A DNA stretch of 57,946 bases. Origin: Candidatus Arcticimaribacter sp. GTDB taxonomy: Bacteria; Bacteroidota; Bacteroidia; Flavobacteriales; Flavobacteriaceae. The position numbers and the translations under genes are program-made. Under the pieces are notes generated by a model. That model made no database searches, was not told the origin of the DNA, and saw only the letters and a list, made by a program, of their open reading frames with translations. This document shows, piece after piece, positions 8,689 to 18,923 of the stretch (its first letter is position 1; every line of letters starts with the position of its first letter). The DNA is taken from positions 1 to 57,946 of the forward strand of contig WTJN01000111.1 of NCBI GenBank assembly GCA_011526265.1, in the 5' to 3' direction.

Positions 8689-9455
8689 GGAGTAAGCAAC
8701 GATTGGAAAAATGGCGCTGGATGTCCATCAGCTTCATGGGCAAATGCACTACCGATCGTCGAGATAGAAGGATGAAATTTTTCTACGGCCTGATAATAGG
8801 TACGGTATGGGGAGTATTGGCCTAAGAAAACTAGATCAAAATGTTCCGGTTGGAGGTAAAATTGTTCTACCACATAGAATAAATAATACAGAAACTCATC
8901 TTCGTTATTTTGGGGGAAAGAATTTTGAAGCAACAACTGACTACCTTGAAACAGAAAGAGTTCGAAAGCGCCTTTACGGAGATGAACGAACAATTGTTTT
9001 CGCGCTTTTCCTTTGGTCTCTTCGTTGAGTATGGGGAGTAAAACTTCAATTCCGTGAGCCGATTTTGCATGGGGAAGAAGTTGGGTAAAGCAGTGTTGAA
9101 TATCTTTTCGAACGGGATACAACAGATGTTGATCATTGTTTTGTAGGTCTTGATGGCAAATGGCGTGTTGCGAAAAATCAGTGGCCACAGCAGCTTGGAA
9201 GTAGCTTTCTTTTTTTTCTTTGTCAAAAATTGGATCGGGAACCAGCATCGCGGGATGATCAAAATACACCAAAGTGCAGTGCTTGGGAGCAATGGTATGA
9301 TAGTTCAACCATGTTTGAATTGTTTCCTGAGTAACCTCTCCGTTTGGAAACTTAAAATGATGCTGCTGGGTCAGACTACAAAAAGAAAATCCATCCTTAT
9401 CAATAAGGATGGATGATTCTTTTAAGGGGTATGCGTTGTTATTTTGCAGCATCAA
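8685..9455 (-). CDS. DUF3822 family protein
   Basis: DGFSF near the N-terminus and EFLYYLFYVVEQ; position directly upstream of rsmD is typical in Bacteroidota. Confidence 0.75.
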   Translation of the reverse strand: MMLQNNNAYPLKESSILIDKDGFSFCSLTQQHHFKFPNGEVTQETIQTWLNYHTIAPKHCTLVYFDHPAMLVPDPIFDKEKKESYFQAAVATDFSQHAICHQDLQNNDQHLLYPVRKDIQHCFTQLLPHAKSAHGIEVLLPILNEETKGKARKQLFVHLRKGAFELFLFQGSQLLLQNSFPQNNEDEFLYYLFYVVEQFYLQPEHFDLVFLGQYSPYRTYYQAVEKFHPSISTIGSAFAHEADGHPAPFFQSLLTP

Positions 9456-10086
9456 AAATGGTCGGCCAGTTTCCGTTTGTACTTACGTCTGTGAGTGATC
9501 CTAAGACAATGGCAGGACCATTTACGCCGTCAACAGAAACGGTTTCGTTTTCTTGTTTCAATAAATCTTGGTCTTGATCAAAGAGCACAATATTTTTTGA
9601 CACCTTTACCTCAAATACAGGCACTTTATAGCCGTTTTTGTCAATAATTTGAGCTTTGATACTGAACATGCTGTCTTCAACGCCTTCGATGGGAACAAAG
9701 GCCATGTTTTTATAATTTTCGCTTGCTCCGAAGAGAGAATCTTTGACGGGTACTGTACCAAGCGTATCGATCACAACAACCTCACGAAGCATATCAATGC
9801 GGTAGGTCTTGTCATATTCCATGTATGAAGAATCACGCTTTTGAGTCAAGGTGAAAATGCCCGTGTCGATGAAAGCCACCAAACTGTCAAAATTATCCGC
9901 AAAAACACCTTTTACGTCTTTGTGAGCGATTTGTGCTTTGCGAATGTCTTTAAGGCGATCAATGACCTGCGCATAGCGAACATTCTTCGTTTTATTGAAG
10001 TTGATGGGGCCATTAATAGAGTTGTAAATTTTGAAACTAAAAAAAACAATTAAAACCCACAGAAGGGCTTGTATAGCTATTTTCAT
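9439..10086 (-). CDS. conserved hypothetical protein with N-terminal membrane anchor
   Basis: 215-aa ORF with an N-terminal hydrophobic helix; first gene of the run leading to rsmD; -7 box upstream. Confidence 0.8.
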   Translation of the reverse strand: MKIAIQALLWVLIVFFSFKIYNSINGPINFNKTKNVRYAQVIDRLKDIRKAQIAHKDVKGVFADNFDSLVAFIDTGIFTLTQKRDSSYMEYDKTYRIDMLREVVVIDTLGTVPVKDSLFGASENYKNMAFVPIEGVEDSMFSIKAQIIDKNGYKVPVFEVKVSKNIVLFDQDQDLLKQENETVSVDGVNGPAIVLGSLTDVSTNGNWPTIFDAAK

Positions 10087-10111
10087 GCTTTGGATTTGTT
10101 ATGATTGCTAA

Positions 10112-10119
10112 CAAAACTA
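10112..10119 (-). promoter_or_regulatory. -7 promoter element
   Basis: TAGTTTTG on the minus strand, 25 nt upstream of the ATG at 10086. Confidence 0.55.
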
Positions 10120-10180
10120 CAATTTTTTTTTAATCGAAAAAGGTTTTAATAAATGAATTATCTTTCCCCAAAAATCAGCC

Positions 10181-11605
10181 ATGCAGCCCAGTGAATTTAA
10201 GACTTTATTGCTGAACCAGTTTCCGTTTCAACCTACTGATTCTCAAAAAAAATGGATGGAGGAGATGACGCAATTTTTATTTTTTGGCGCATCCCAAGAC
10301 ATTTTTGTGCTCAAAGGCTATGCAGGGACAGGAAAGTCAACCTTGATTGGTCATTTGGTACAGTTGCTTCCAAAAATCAATTACCGAAGTGTGTTGATGG
10401 CTCCAACGGGTCGCGCGGCCAAGGTCATGGGCGGGTATGCGCGTCGCAAGGCCTACACCATTCACAAGCAAATCTATTATACCAAGAGTGAAGGGGGAAG
10501 TGGCATGCAATTCACCTTGAAAGCCAATAAATCCAAAAACACCCTCTTTATTGTAGATGAAGCCTCCATGATTGGGGATGATCGACAAAACACCAAGCTC
10601 TTTGAAAACGGTTCTCTACTGGGCGATTTGATGCAGTATGTGGATGCAGGAACCAATTGCAAGCTTCTTTTGGTTGGGGATCCAGCACAGCTTCCTCCCG
10701 TTCATCTTTCACAAAGTCCGGCTTTAGATGAGGATTATTTGACCAGTACGTTCAACAAATTGCCTTGGGAGATAACCTTAAAAGAAGTTGTAAGGCAAGA
10801 CGAAGATTCCGCTATTTTGGTCAATGCCACACAACTGCGGAACGACATGCAAGCAGACACGGGGATGAACTTTCAATTCAGCAACTATTTTGGTCCCGAT
10901 CTGCAGCGCCTGCAAGACGGGCATGAAATTTTAGAAGCCCTGGAAGATGCGCTAGACAACGACGGCTTGGAGGAGACTGTGTTTATTGTGCGATCGAACA
11001 AGAGAGCCAACCTCTACAATCAGCAAATCCGTCAACGCATTCTTCATCTAGAGACAGAACTCTCGGTGGGTGACCAATTGATGGTGGTGAAAAACAATTA
11101 TTTTTGGTTGGCGCCTGAGTCCTCACCAGGGTTTATTGCCAATGGCGATTTGGTGCAAGTCTTGCGCATTATTCATCGTAAGTCAATATACGGTTTCGAT
11201 TTTGCCAAAGTAGAAGTCAGTATGGTCGACTATCCCGATCAACCTTCTTTTGAAACGGTTCTGCTGCTCGATACCCTTTCTTCAGAAACTCCTTCGCTGA
11301 GTTATGAAGAAAACAATCGCTTGTATCAAGCCGTGCAAGAAGATTACCAGCACTTAACCAGCAAGTATAAACGATTTTTGGCCATCAAAAACGATCCGTA
11401 TTTTAATGCCTTGCAAGTCAAATATTCCTATGCAATTACCTGTCATAAGTCGCAAGGTGGGCAATGGGAAAAGGTATTCATCGAGCAGCCTTATCTTCCT
11501 GACGGTCCTTCGCTAGATTATTACAGATGGCTGTATACCGCCATGACTCGGGCCAAAAAAACATTGTATTTAGTCGGGTTTTCAAAAGATTATTTTGAGA
11601 CGTAA
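10181..11605 (+). CDS. ATP-dependent RecD-like SF1 DNA helicase
   Basis: GYAGTGKS, APTGRAA, VDEASM, GDPAQLPPV, YAITCHKSQG and YTAMTRA. Confidence 0.92.
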   Translation: MQPSEFKTLLLNQFPFQPTDSQKKWMEEMTQFLFFGASQDIFVLKGYAGTGKSTLIGHLVQLLPKINYRSVLMAPTGRAAKVMGGYARRKAYTIHKQIYYTKSEGGSGMQFTLKANKSKNTLFIVDEASMIGDDRQNTKLFENGSLLGDLMQYVDAGTNCKLLLVGDPAQLPPVHLSQSPALDEDYLTSTFNKLPWEITLKEVVRQDEDSAILVNATQLRNDMQADTGMNFQFSNYFGPDLQRLQDGHEILEALEDALDNDGLEETVFIVRSNKRANLYNQQIRQRILHLETELSVGDQLMVVKNNYFWLAPESSPGFIANGDLVQVLRIIHRKSIYGFDFAKVEVSMVDYPDQPSFETVLLLDTLSSETPSLSYEENNRLYQAVQEDYQHLTSKYKRFLAIKNDPYFNALQVKYSYAITCHKSQGGQWEKVFIEQPYLPDGPSLDYYRWLYTAMTRAKKTLYLVGFSKDYFET

Positions 11606-11739
11606 AGACTAGTGGTATAAGAAAAGGAACAGGGTTTACGTTGTTTTATACATTGCTTTTCGATGTGTATTTTATTTGATTATGGCACCTACAGATCAAG
11701 TCACTTTGTCTATATTGCTTGAACTATTACTCACCGAAT

Positions 11740-12297
11740 ATGTTTCGTCTCATTGCGCTTATTTTTACCCGTTATATTTTTAAGTTTCGCTTGATTGGTG
11801 ACTTTCCGAAGCTAAAAAAATTTGTGATTATCGTTGTCCCACACACCAGTAACTGGGACTTTATTGTGGCCATTGGGGCGCGAACTATTTTGAACGAACC
11901 CATTCATTTTGTAGGAAAAAAAGCGCTTTTTAATCCGTTAACCTCTTGGTTTTTCAAAGGATTGGGCGGGATGCCACTCAACCGTAAAAAAAACGAACAA
12001 GTGGTGGATACCATTGCGCGTATGTATGCCGAGGAAGACTGTTTTCGAATGGCCATTGCTCCAGAGGGCACCCGTAAGAAAGTAGAGGCCTGGAAAACGG
12101 GTTTTTATTACATTGCCCAAAAGGCTGAGGTGCCTATTTTGCCGATTGCTTTTGATTGGAAAAACAAAGAGGTGATCTTTCACCCTTTGTTTATTCCAAC
12201 GAATGATATGGATAAAGACTTTGGAGATTTAATGAAATTGTTTCAAGGTGTTGAAGGGAAGGTCAAAAAGAACTCTTTCCAACAAATACAACGCTAG
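11740..12297 (+). CDS. 1-acyl-sn-glycerol-3-phosphate acyltransferase family protein
   Basis: PHTSNWD (HX4D) and APEGTR motifs; ATG 11740 chosen over TTG 11719. Confidence 0.9.
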   Translation: MFRLIALIFTRYIFKFRLIGDFPKLKKFVIIVVPHTSNWDFIVAIGARTILNEPIHFVGKKALFNPLTSWFFKGLGGMPLNRKKNEQVVDTIARMYAEEDCFRMAIAPEGTRKKVEAWKTGFYYIAQKAEVPILPIAFDWKNKEVIFHPLFIPTNDMDKDFGDLMKLFQGVEGKVKKNSFQQIQR

Positions 12298-13013
12298 TCG
12301 GAGGAAGTTTCCATGTTGTGGTAGACGTTTTGCACGTCATCGTCTTCTTCAATTTTTTCGATGAGTTTTTCTACCTCCTCTGCTTGTTCCGCCGATAGTT
12401 TTGTCAAGGTTTGTGGGATGCGTTCAAAGCCCGACGAAAGGATTTCAAAATTTCTGTTTTCCAATTCTTTTTGGATACTCCCAAAATTTTCGAACGGTCC
12501 ATACAACAGGATTCCATCGTCATCGGCAAAAACTTCTTCTACGCCAAAGTCAATGAACTCAAGTTCTAGTTCTTCGGGATCAATGCCTTCAGGATTGATA
12601 CGGAAGTTGCAGGTCCGATCAAACATGAATTCGACCGAGCCCGAGGTGCCAAGGTTGCCGTTGGCTTTGTTGAAATAGCTACGAACGTTCGCAACGGTTC
12701 TGTTGTTGTTATTGGTGGCTGTTTCTACCAACAGGGCAATGCCGTAGGGGGCATACCCCTCAAAAAGCACTTCCTTGTAGTTTTCTGTGTTCTTGTCGGT
12801 GGCTTTTTTAATGGCCCTTTCGACATTGTCTTTGGGCATGTTGGCTGCTTTGGCATTTTGAATCACAGCACGCAATCGTGAATTATTGTCCGGGTCAGGC
12901 CCTCCTTCTTTCACGGCCATGACAATATCTTTACCGATGCGTGTAAAGGTTTTGGCCATGGCTGACCAACGTTTCATTTTTCGTGCTTTGCGAAATTCAA
13001 AAGCTCTTCCCAT
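12294..13013 (-). CDS. yebC: YebC/PmpR family protein
   Basis: MGRAFEFRK, GGPDPDNNSRLR, NMPKDNVERAI and DDDVQNVYHN. Confidence 0.95.
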   Translation of the reverse strand: MGRAFEFRKARKMKRWSAMAKTFTRIGKDIVMAVKEGGPDPDNNSRLRAVIQNAKAANMPKDNVERAIKKATDKNTENYKEVLFEGYAPYGIALLVETATNNNNRTVANVRSYFNKANGNLGTSGSVEFMFDRTCNFRINPEGIDPEELELEFIDFGVEEVFADDDGILLYGPFENFGSIQKELENRNFEILSSGFERIPQTLTKLSAEQAEEVEKLIEKIEEDDDVQNVYHNMETSSD

Positions 13014-13089
13014 GCCTAAATATTTTGGTGATGCGCAAAGATGATAAAAACTTCTTAAAACGAAAAACGGCTTCAGGGGTTGAAAGGTA

Positions 13090-13914
13090 TTATCCCTCTT
13101 TCAGTGTTGTCCATGTATCTGCCAAAACATCTTCGCAGCTGGGCAGAAGATGTGAGGGGAGTTTATTGTCTTTGGGAAGCACCGCAATGTAACGCATATC
13201 ATTGGTGGTGTATACTTGTTTAAAAATCAAATCATTCCATTGACGTTTGGCGGCCAATCGTTTATGAAATTCATGGTGCGTGATCAGGTCATGACTTCCC
13301 AAATGAAAAACCCCACTGAGGCGTTGATTAATGATGTAATGAATTTGTTGGGTTAACTTTCGATCGCTGATGACATTAACGATCGTATTGGGAAAAACTT
13401 CAATCGCTTCTCCTGCTTTCAATGCATTTTCCATTTGTTTTACACGTGGGGCGTTCAACCCAAAAACCATGGGCAAGCGGGCAATGATGTATTTGCCCGT
13501 CGGAAGACGCATTAAGTCGTTCTCGATTTTAATTTTTAACCGTCCGTATACACTTTCTGATAAGGTTTTGTCATACTCATAGGAGGGGAAATGATGAAAA
13601 GCGTCAAAAACATTTGAGGCCGAGAGAAAAAGGAGTCGACAATCGTTGTAGGTGATATAATCGATCAATTCTTGATGCAAATCAATTTGGTCGGGAAAGG
13701 AACCCCGGACGGCCGAGATGATGAGTTTGGGTTTTATTTTTCGCAGCAAAGGGAGAATCTCGTCTTGGGTGTGGTCAAAATGAAAGAAGTGGTTGTTTTT
13801 CTTCCAGCTTTTGTCGCTAAAATAGGTGCCATAGGTGGCAAAGTAGGGATGCAATTCTTTGTAAAGTGCTTGCCCGATAAACCCACTTCCGCCAATGATG
13901 AGGATTCGCTTCAT
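13090..13914 (-). CDS. RmlD-like NAD(P)-dependent extended SDR
   Basis: GGSGFIG Rossmann motif and YGRLK (YxxxK). Confidence 0.8.
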   Translation of the reverse strand: MKRILIIGGSGFIGQALYKELHPYFATYGTYFSDKSWKKNNHFFHFDHTQDEILPLLRKIKPKLIISAVRGSFPDQIDLHQELIDYITYNDCRLLFLSASNVFDAFHHFPSYEYDKTLSESVYGRLKIKIENDLMRLPTGKYIIARLPMVFGLNAPRVKQMENALKAGEAIEVFPNTIVNVISDRKLTQQIHYIINQRLSGVFHLGSHDLITHHEFHKRLAAKRQWNDLIFKQVYTTNDMRYIAVLPKDNKLPSHLLPSCEDVLADTWTTLKEG

Positions 13915-13926
13915 ATGCCGAAAAAA

Positions 13927-15012
13927 TTACGGGCGATAAAAGGGAAGTTTTACTATCGTTGCGACCTGCTGTTTTCCCCGAATTTCCACCGCTATTTTTG
14001 TCCCTTCTTTGCTCCAATCGCTATCGATATACCCCAGACCTATGCCTTGTTCTAAAGAAGGGGATTGTGTCCCAGAAGTGACTCTTCCAATGATCTCTCC
14101 TGATGGGTTAACAAGGGGGTGTCCCTGTCGGGGAATGCCTCTTTGTTCCATGACAAACCCAACCAGTTTTTGGGCCGTACCCGTTTGAAGTTCCTGGGCC
14201 ATTTGTTCGCTATTGATTGATCCTGTCTCAGGCTTGCTCACCCACCCAAGACCTGCTGCGATGGGGGAGGTGTTTTCATCGATTTCATTTCCATACAGGC
14301 AATACCCCATTTCTAGACGAAGGGTATCCCTTGCTGCCAATCCAATGGGTTGTAGACCATCTTTTTCACCCGCCAGAAAAAGCGCTTCCCAAAGTTTTTC
14401 AACATCTTTATTATGACAATATATTTCGACTCCTCCTGCACCTGTGTAGCCGGTGGTAGCCACCAACACATCCGCTATGCCAGCAATTGTCGTAGTGCAA
14501 TGCGCATAAAAAGAAAGTTCGGAGAGGTTTTTTTCCGTGAGTGTCTGAACAATTTGTAATGCTAGAGGTCCTTGCACGGCCAAAAGCGACAGCGCATCGG
14601 AAGCATTGGTGAGTGTAGCGCCAAATTCTTTATTGACACCATTGATCCATTCCCAGTCTTTATCAATGTTAGAGGCGTTGACCACCAGTAAATATTTTTC
14701 TTTCTCGATCTGATAAACGATCAAATCATCGATGACCCCTCCTTGTCGATTGGGCCAGTAATTGTATTGTGCCTTCCCTGGGATGAGTTTGGCAATATCG
14801 TTGCTGCAAATTTTTTGTAATAGCGCTTGGGCCTGTGCGCCTTCAACCCAGAATTCTCCCATGTGTGACACATCAAAAACACCTGCTTTTTGACGGACAC
14901 AGCGGTGTTCCTCTTTAATGCTGGAATAACTAACCGGCATTTCAAACCCACCGAATTCAACCATCTTTGCACCACGCGCGAGGTGTTTTTCGTATAAACC
15001 TGTCCTTTTCAT
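13927..15012 (-). CDS. gcvT: glycine cleavage system aminomethyltransferase T
   Basis: FDVSHMGE, TGYTG, GLAARDTLRLEMG and VTSGTQSP. Confidence 0.96.
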   Translation of the reverse strand: MKRTGLYEKHLARGAKMVEFGGFEMPVSYSSIKEEHRCVRQKAGVFDVSHMGEFWVEGAQAQALLQKICSNDIAKLIPGKAQYNYWPNRQGGVIDDLIVYQIEKEKYLLVVNASNIDKDWEWINGVNKEFGATLTNASDALSLLAVQGPLALQIVQTLTEKNLSELSFYAHCTTTIAGIADVLVATTGYTGAGGVEIYCHNKDVEKLWEALFLAGEKDGLQPIGLAARDTLRLEMGYCLYGNEIDENTSPIAAGLGWVSKPETGSINSEQMAQELQTGTAQKLVGFVMEQRGIPRQGHPLVNPSGEIIGRVTSGTQSPSLEQGIGLGYIDSDWSKEGTKIAVEIRGKQQVATIVKLPFYRP

Positions 15013-15081
15013 TTTTGGGCCTAATTTTTCTGCTAAATTAGAGGATTCAAAGCAGTTGAATTCTGCCCAAATAAATTAGTT

Positions 15082-16698
15082 ATGCACAAAATCATTGCGC
15101 TTTCAAGTTCCTTATTCTTATTTAGTTTATCCCTTTTTGGACAGGCTGTTCTTCCCGACAAAGATGCTTTGGCTTTTCACAGTGATCGGAGAAATGCCCT
15201 CCGGCATGCTTTACCGCCCAATAGTGTAGCCGTGTTTTTTGCCAATCCAATCCGCAACCGGGCCAATGATGTGGACTATGTCTATCATCAAGACCCCAAT
15301 TTGTTTTATTTAACGGGCTGGACTGAACCTCATGCAGTGTTGTTGGTGTTCTCTACTCCCCAGATGGATGAACAAGGAAGTTATGATGAAAAGATTTTTG
15401 TGCAGGAGCGCGATCCAAGAGCCGAAATGTGGAACGGATATCGATTGGGTAAAGAGGGGGCCCTTCAAATGGGATTTGATCGGGTAGCATTGCGCAAAGA
15501 ATTCGTGGACGCTCCAGTGGATTTTGATCGTTTTGACCAAGTTTTTATGTTTGACTTTCATGACGATGAGCGAAAGCACCCGGGACAAAAATACGACCTG
15601 TATCAACTCAAAGAGACGTTCAAGCAGACCATACGATTTCCCGAAGATTTTGACCGTCGCACCTATCAGATTCAACAGTCCATCCGTAAGGTAACCGTCG
15701 ACAATCTCGCAGCAGTATACGCTCAAATAGAGCGACAAGTCCAACGGGATTCAACGTTGTTAAAAGACCCTTTAATTGAACAATTTATTTTGCAAGGCGG
15801 AACACAGGTGCCTGAGGATGTGAAAATGAAATCGGCGTTTTTACTACGCGATTATTTCTTTGATGTCTCCCTTTTGCCGCGTATTATGGGTGATTTACGC
15901 GAAGTGAAAACCCCTTTTGAAAAGAAACGATTGAAGCGGGCCATTGAAATATCGGCCATTGGTCAAGTTGAGGTAATGAAAGCCCTACGCCCGGGGATGT
16001 CTGAACGGGAAGTCCAAGGGATACATGAATATGTGTTTAAAAAATATGGGGCAGCCTATGAAGGCTATCCCTCGATTGTTGGGGCAGGGAATAACGGGTG
16101 TGTTTTGCATTATATTGACAATGCAAAAATGCCCGAGACCGATGATCTTATTTTGATGGACCTAGGGGCAGAGTACGAAGGTTATACCGCTGATGTGACA
16201 CGCACTTTGCCTGTTGCAGGTACATTCACAGCCGAACAAAGATTGATTTACCAAATTGTTTTTGAGGCACAGGAAGCGGGAATTGAAAAAGCCGTGATCG
16301 GGTCTTCCGCAACAGCGGTCACAAAAGCCACGCAAGCGGTAGTGAGCGCAGGCTTACTCAAGCTGGGGATCATTGAAAAAGAAGAGGATTTTCGACGGTA
16401 TTTTCCGCACGGAGCGGCCCACCACATTGGGTTGGATGTTCATGATTTAAGCAATTATGGCCCTTTGCCCGAGGATGCTATCATTACTGTAGAACCGGGG
16501 ATTTACATCCCAAAAGACAGTCCTTGTGACCCCAAGTGGTGGGGAATTGGCATACGCATCGAGGACGATATACTGATTACTAAATCGGGCCCTGTGAATC
16601 TATCGGCTGCCGCCCCACGTGAGTGGGAAGCCATTGAAGCAATGATGGCCCTGCCCAGCGCTTTGGACGACTTTCAGTTGCCTAAACTCTCAAATTAA
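15082..16698 (+). CDS. Xaa-Pro aminopeptidase (M24B) with signal peptide
   Basis: AMP_N region (YHQDPNLFYLTG) and metal ligands in MDLG, ADVTRT, HHIGLDVHD, TVEPG and RIEDD. Confidence 0.92.
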   Translation: MHKIIALSSSLFLFSLSLFGQAVLPDKDALAFHSDRRNALRHALPPNSVAVFFANPIRNRANDVDYVYHQDPNLFYLTGWTEPHAVLLVFSTPQMDEQGSYDEKIFVQERDPRAEMWNGYRLGKEGALQMGFDRVALRKEFVDAPVDFDRFDQVFMFDFHDDERKHPGQKYDLYQLKETFKQTIRFPEDFDRRTYQIQQSIRKVTVDNLAAVYAQIERQVQRDSTLLKDPLIEQFILQGGTQVPEDVKMKSAFLLRDYFFDVSLLPRIMGDLREVKTPFEKKRLKRAIEISAIGQVEVMKALRPGMSEREVQGIHEYVFKKYGAAYEGYPSIVGAGNNGCVLHYIDNAKMPETDDLILMDLGAEYEGYTADVTRTLPVAGTFTAEQRLIYQIVFEAQEAGIEKAVIGSSATAVTKATQAVVSAGLLKLGIIEKEEDFRRYFPHGAAHHIGLDVHDLSNYGPLPEDAIITVEPGIYIPKDSPCDPKWWGIGIRIEDDILITKSGPVNLSAAAPREWEAIEAMMALPSALDDFQLPKLSN

Positions 16699-17996
16699 CG
16701 CAGTAAAAAGTCTTTTAAATCGGTGTAGTCTTTGATGGAAATACTTTTCTTTTCCCGCTGCATCAAGTCTTGAAGACGGCTAGGGATAGGAATTTTTTGT
16801 CCCAATGTTTTTTCAACAGTCTCAGGGAATTTAATGGGGTGCGCCGTTTCGAGAAAGATTCCTTTTTTCTCAGGCCGATTTTCCAAATAGGCTTTCAAAC
16901 CAAGATAGCCAATCGCTCCATGTGGATCTGCAATATATCCTGAAGTCTCGTCGAAAATTTTTTGCATTGCATCACAGGTTTCTTCATCGGTAAACCTGTA
17001 GCCTGTTAAGTGCTGTTGTAATCGCGAGAAATCATTGCCGTATATTTTTTGAATGCGGACAAAATTACTGGGGTCGCCCACATCCATGGCATTGGAAATC
17101 GTTGGCACTGTGGGTTTGGGTGCATATACTTGGTTTGAGAGGTAGCGGGGGACGACATCATTAACGTTGGTACAAGCAATAAAATGATCGATAGGGAGGC
17201 CCATTTGTTGGCCCATCATTCCTGCACAAATGTTTCCGAAATTCCCACTTGGAACGGCACAAACCAAGGGTTGATCACTATTTTTCCGATGCGTTTGATA
17301 GGCAATAAAATAGTACAACATTTGCGGCAGCCATCGCGCGACATTGATAGAATTGGCCGAAGTGAGTTGTCGATACTTTGTAATGTCTTGATCTAAAAAA
17401 GCTGTCTTGACCATGGTCTGACAATCATCAAAAACACCATTAACTTCTAGGGCAGTGATGTTTTGCCCCAAAGTTGTGAGCTGTTTTTCCTGCACTGGAC
17501 TCACTTTTCCTTTCGGGTAGAGGATAACTACATCGATCCCATCGACCCCCAAAAACCCATTGGCAACTGCTCCGCCAGTGTCGCCAGAGGTTGCGACCAA
17601 AACCGTTGTTTTTTGCTGTTTTTCTTTTTGATTAAAATACCCAAGGCACTGTGCCATAAAGCGGGCACCTACATCTTTAAACGCAAGAGTAGGGCCGTGA
17701 AAAAGTTCAAAGCTTCCTATTTGCTCGGTGATTGGCACAATGGGGAAGTCAAAATCGAACGTCTTTTGTATGATGGTATACAAATCTGCGCGACTCATTT
17801 CTTTTTCAACAAACGGCAACATGACCTCTGTAGCCATCTCATGAAGCGGTAGGGTAGGGAGTGAATCAATGAATTCCTTTTCTAGTTGAGGAATTTCTTG
17901 GGGAAAATATAACCCTCTGTCAGGGGCAATGCCTTTGATCACCGCTTTGGAGAAAGAGGCAGTTTCGTTGGAATTCTTTAGGCTGTAATAAATCAT
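16695..17996 (-). CDS. thrC: threonine synthase
   Basis: ELFHGPTLAFKD, ATSGDTG, SANSIN and PSGNFGN. Confidence 0.97.
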   Translation of the reverse strand: MIYYSLKNSNETASFSKAVIKGIAPDRGLYFPQEIPQLEKEFIDSLPTLPLHEMATEVMLPFVEKEMSRADLYTIIQKTFDFDFPIVPITEQIGSFELFHGPTLAFKDVGARFMAQCLGYFNQKEKQQKTTVLVATSGDTGGAVANGFLGVDGIDVVILYPKGKVSPVQEKQLTTLGQNITALEVNGVFDDCQTMVKTAFLDQDITKYRQLTSANSINVARWLPQMLYYFIAYQTHRKNSDQPLVCAVPSGNFGNICAGMMGQQMGLPIDHFIACTNVNDVVPRYLSNQVYAPKPTVPTISNAMDVGDPSNFVRIQKIYGNDFSRLQQHLTGYRFTDEETCDAMQKIFDETSGYIADPHGAIGYLGLKAYLENRPEKKGIFLETAHPIKFPETVEKTLGQKIPIPSRLQDLMQREKKSISIKDYTDLKDFLLR

Positions 17997-18923
17997 TTAA
18001 TCTATAATTGCCACCCCTTGGGTGTTGATTTTGGATACATAGGTGTCGAACTCAATTTGGAGAGGAGCAAAAACTTCTGCAATAGCTGTTCTTACATTTT
18101 CTGCATTTTCTTTTCCTTTGGAAAGGGTGTATATCGAGGGTCCAGAGCCCGAAATACCACTTCCCAGTCCACCGGCGTTTTTGGCAGCCAATTTCACAGC
18201 GTCGAATTGCGGGATCAGACCAGCGCGTTCGGGTTCGATGATTACATCGACCAGTGATCGTCCGATCAATTCGTAATCGGCTTTAAAAAGGCCACTGACA
18301 AGCGCGGCCAAATTACCCCACTGTTGGATGGCTTTATCCAGTGGAATGTTTTTTTTGAGCACTGATCGTGCATCGGCAGTTTTGAGTTCAATTTTCGGAT
18401 GAATGATCGTTGCGTAAAGATCGGGAGGAGTGGGGATGGAAATTACGTCTGGTCCTTTTCCACACCGTACAATGGTAAATCCTCCAAGAAGGGCAGGGGA
18501 AACATTATCGGCGTGTGGAGTACCACTGGCCAATTCCTCGCCTTTCATAGCGAATTTAATCAATTCGTTGCGGGTATAAGGGTTTCCCAAAAGGGCATTG
18601 ATTCCAAAGACTGCCCCTGCGGAACTGGCGGCGCTACTGCCGATGCCACTTCCTGCTTTGATGCCCTTATGAATTTCGATTTCAAAGCCTTGGTTGCTCT
18701 GCAAATCTTCTAATAGTGCCTCTGCGGCTACACCCGCCACATTTTTTTTGGTGTCCAGCGGGAGATCTTGCCCGACAATTTTGGTGATCACAACACCCGG
18801 CTGTTCCTTTTTTCTCACGATAACCGTATCGCCAATAGGGGAAAGACAGAAACCAAGCACGTCAAAACCACATGAAACATTGGCAACTGTAGCTGGAGCA
18901 AATACTTTTACTTCCTCTTTCAT
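17997..18923 (-). CDS. thrB: homoserine kinase
   Basis: APATVAN..GFD, GSGIGSSAAS, HADNV and ISGSGP. Confidence 0.96.
   Translation of the reverse strand: MKEEVKVFAPATVANVSCGFDVLGFCLSPIGDTVIVRKKEQPGVVITKIVGQDLPLDTKKNVAGVAAEALLEDLQSNQGFEIEIHKGIKAGSGIGSSAASSAGAVFGINALLGNPYTRNELIKFAMKGEELASGTPHADNVSPALLGGFTIVRCGKGPDVISIPTPPDLYATIIHPKIELKTADARSVLKKNIPLDKAIQQWGNLAALVSGLFKADYELIGRSLVDVIIEPERAGLIPQFDAVKLAAKNAGGLGSGISGSGPSIYTLSKGKENAENVRTAIAEVFAPLQIEFDTYVSKINTQGVAIID

Noticed and set aside
15013-15081. Glycine riboswitch upstream of gcvT
   Set aside because: The spacer is only 69 bp, shared by divergent genes, and has no aptamer motifs.
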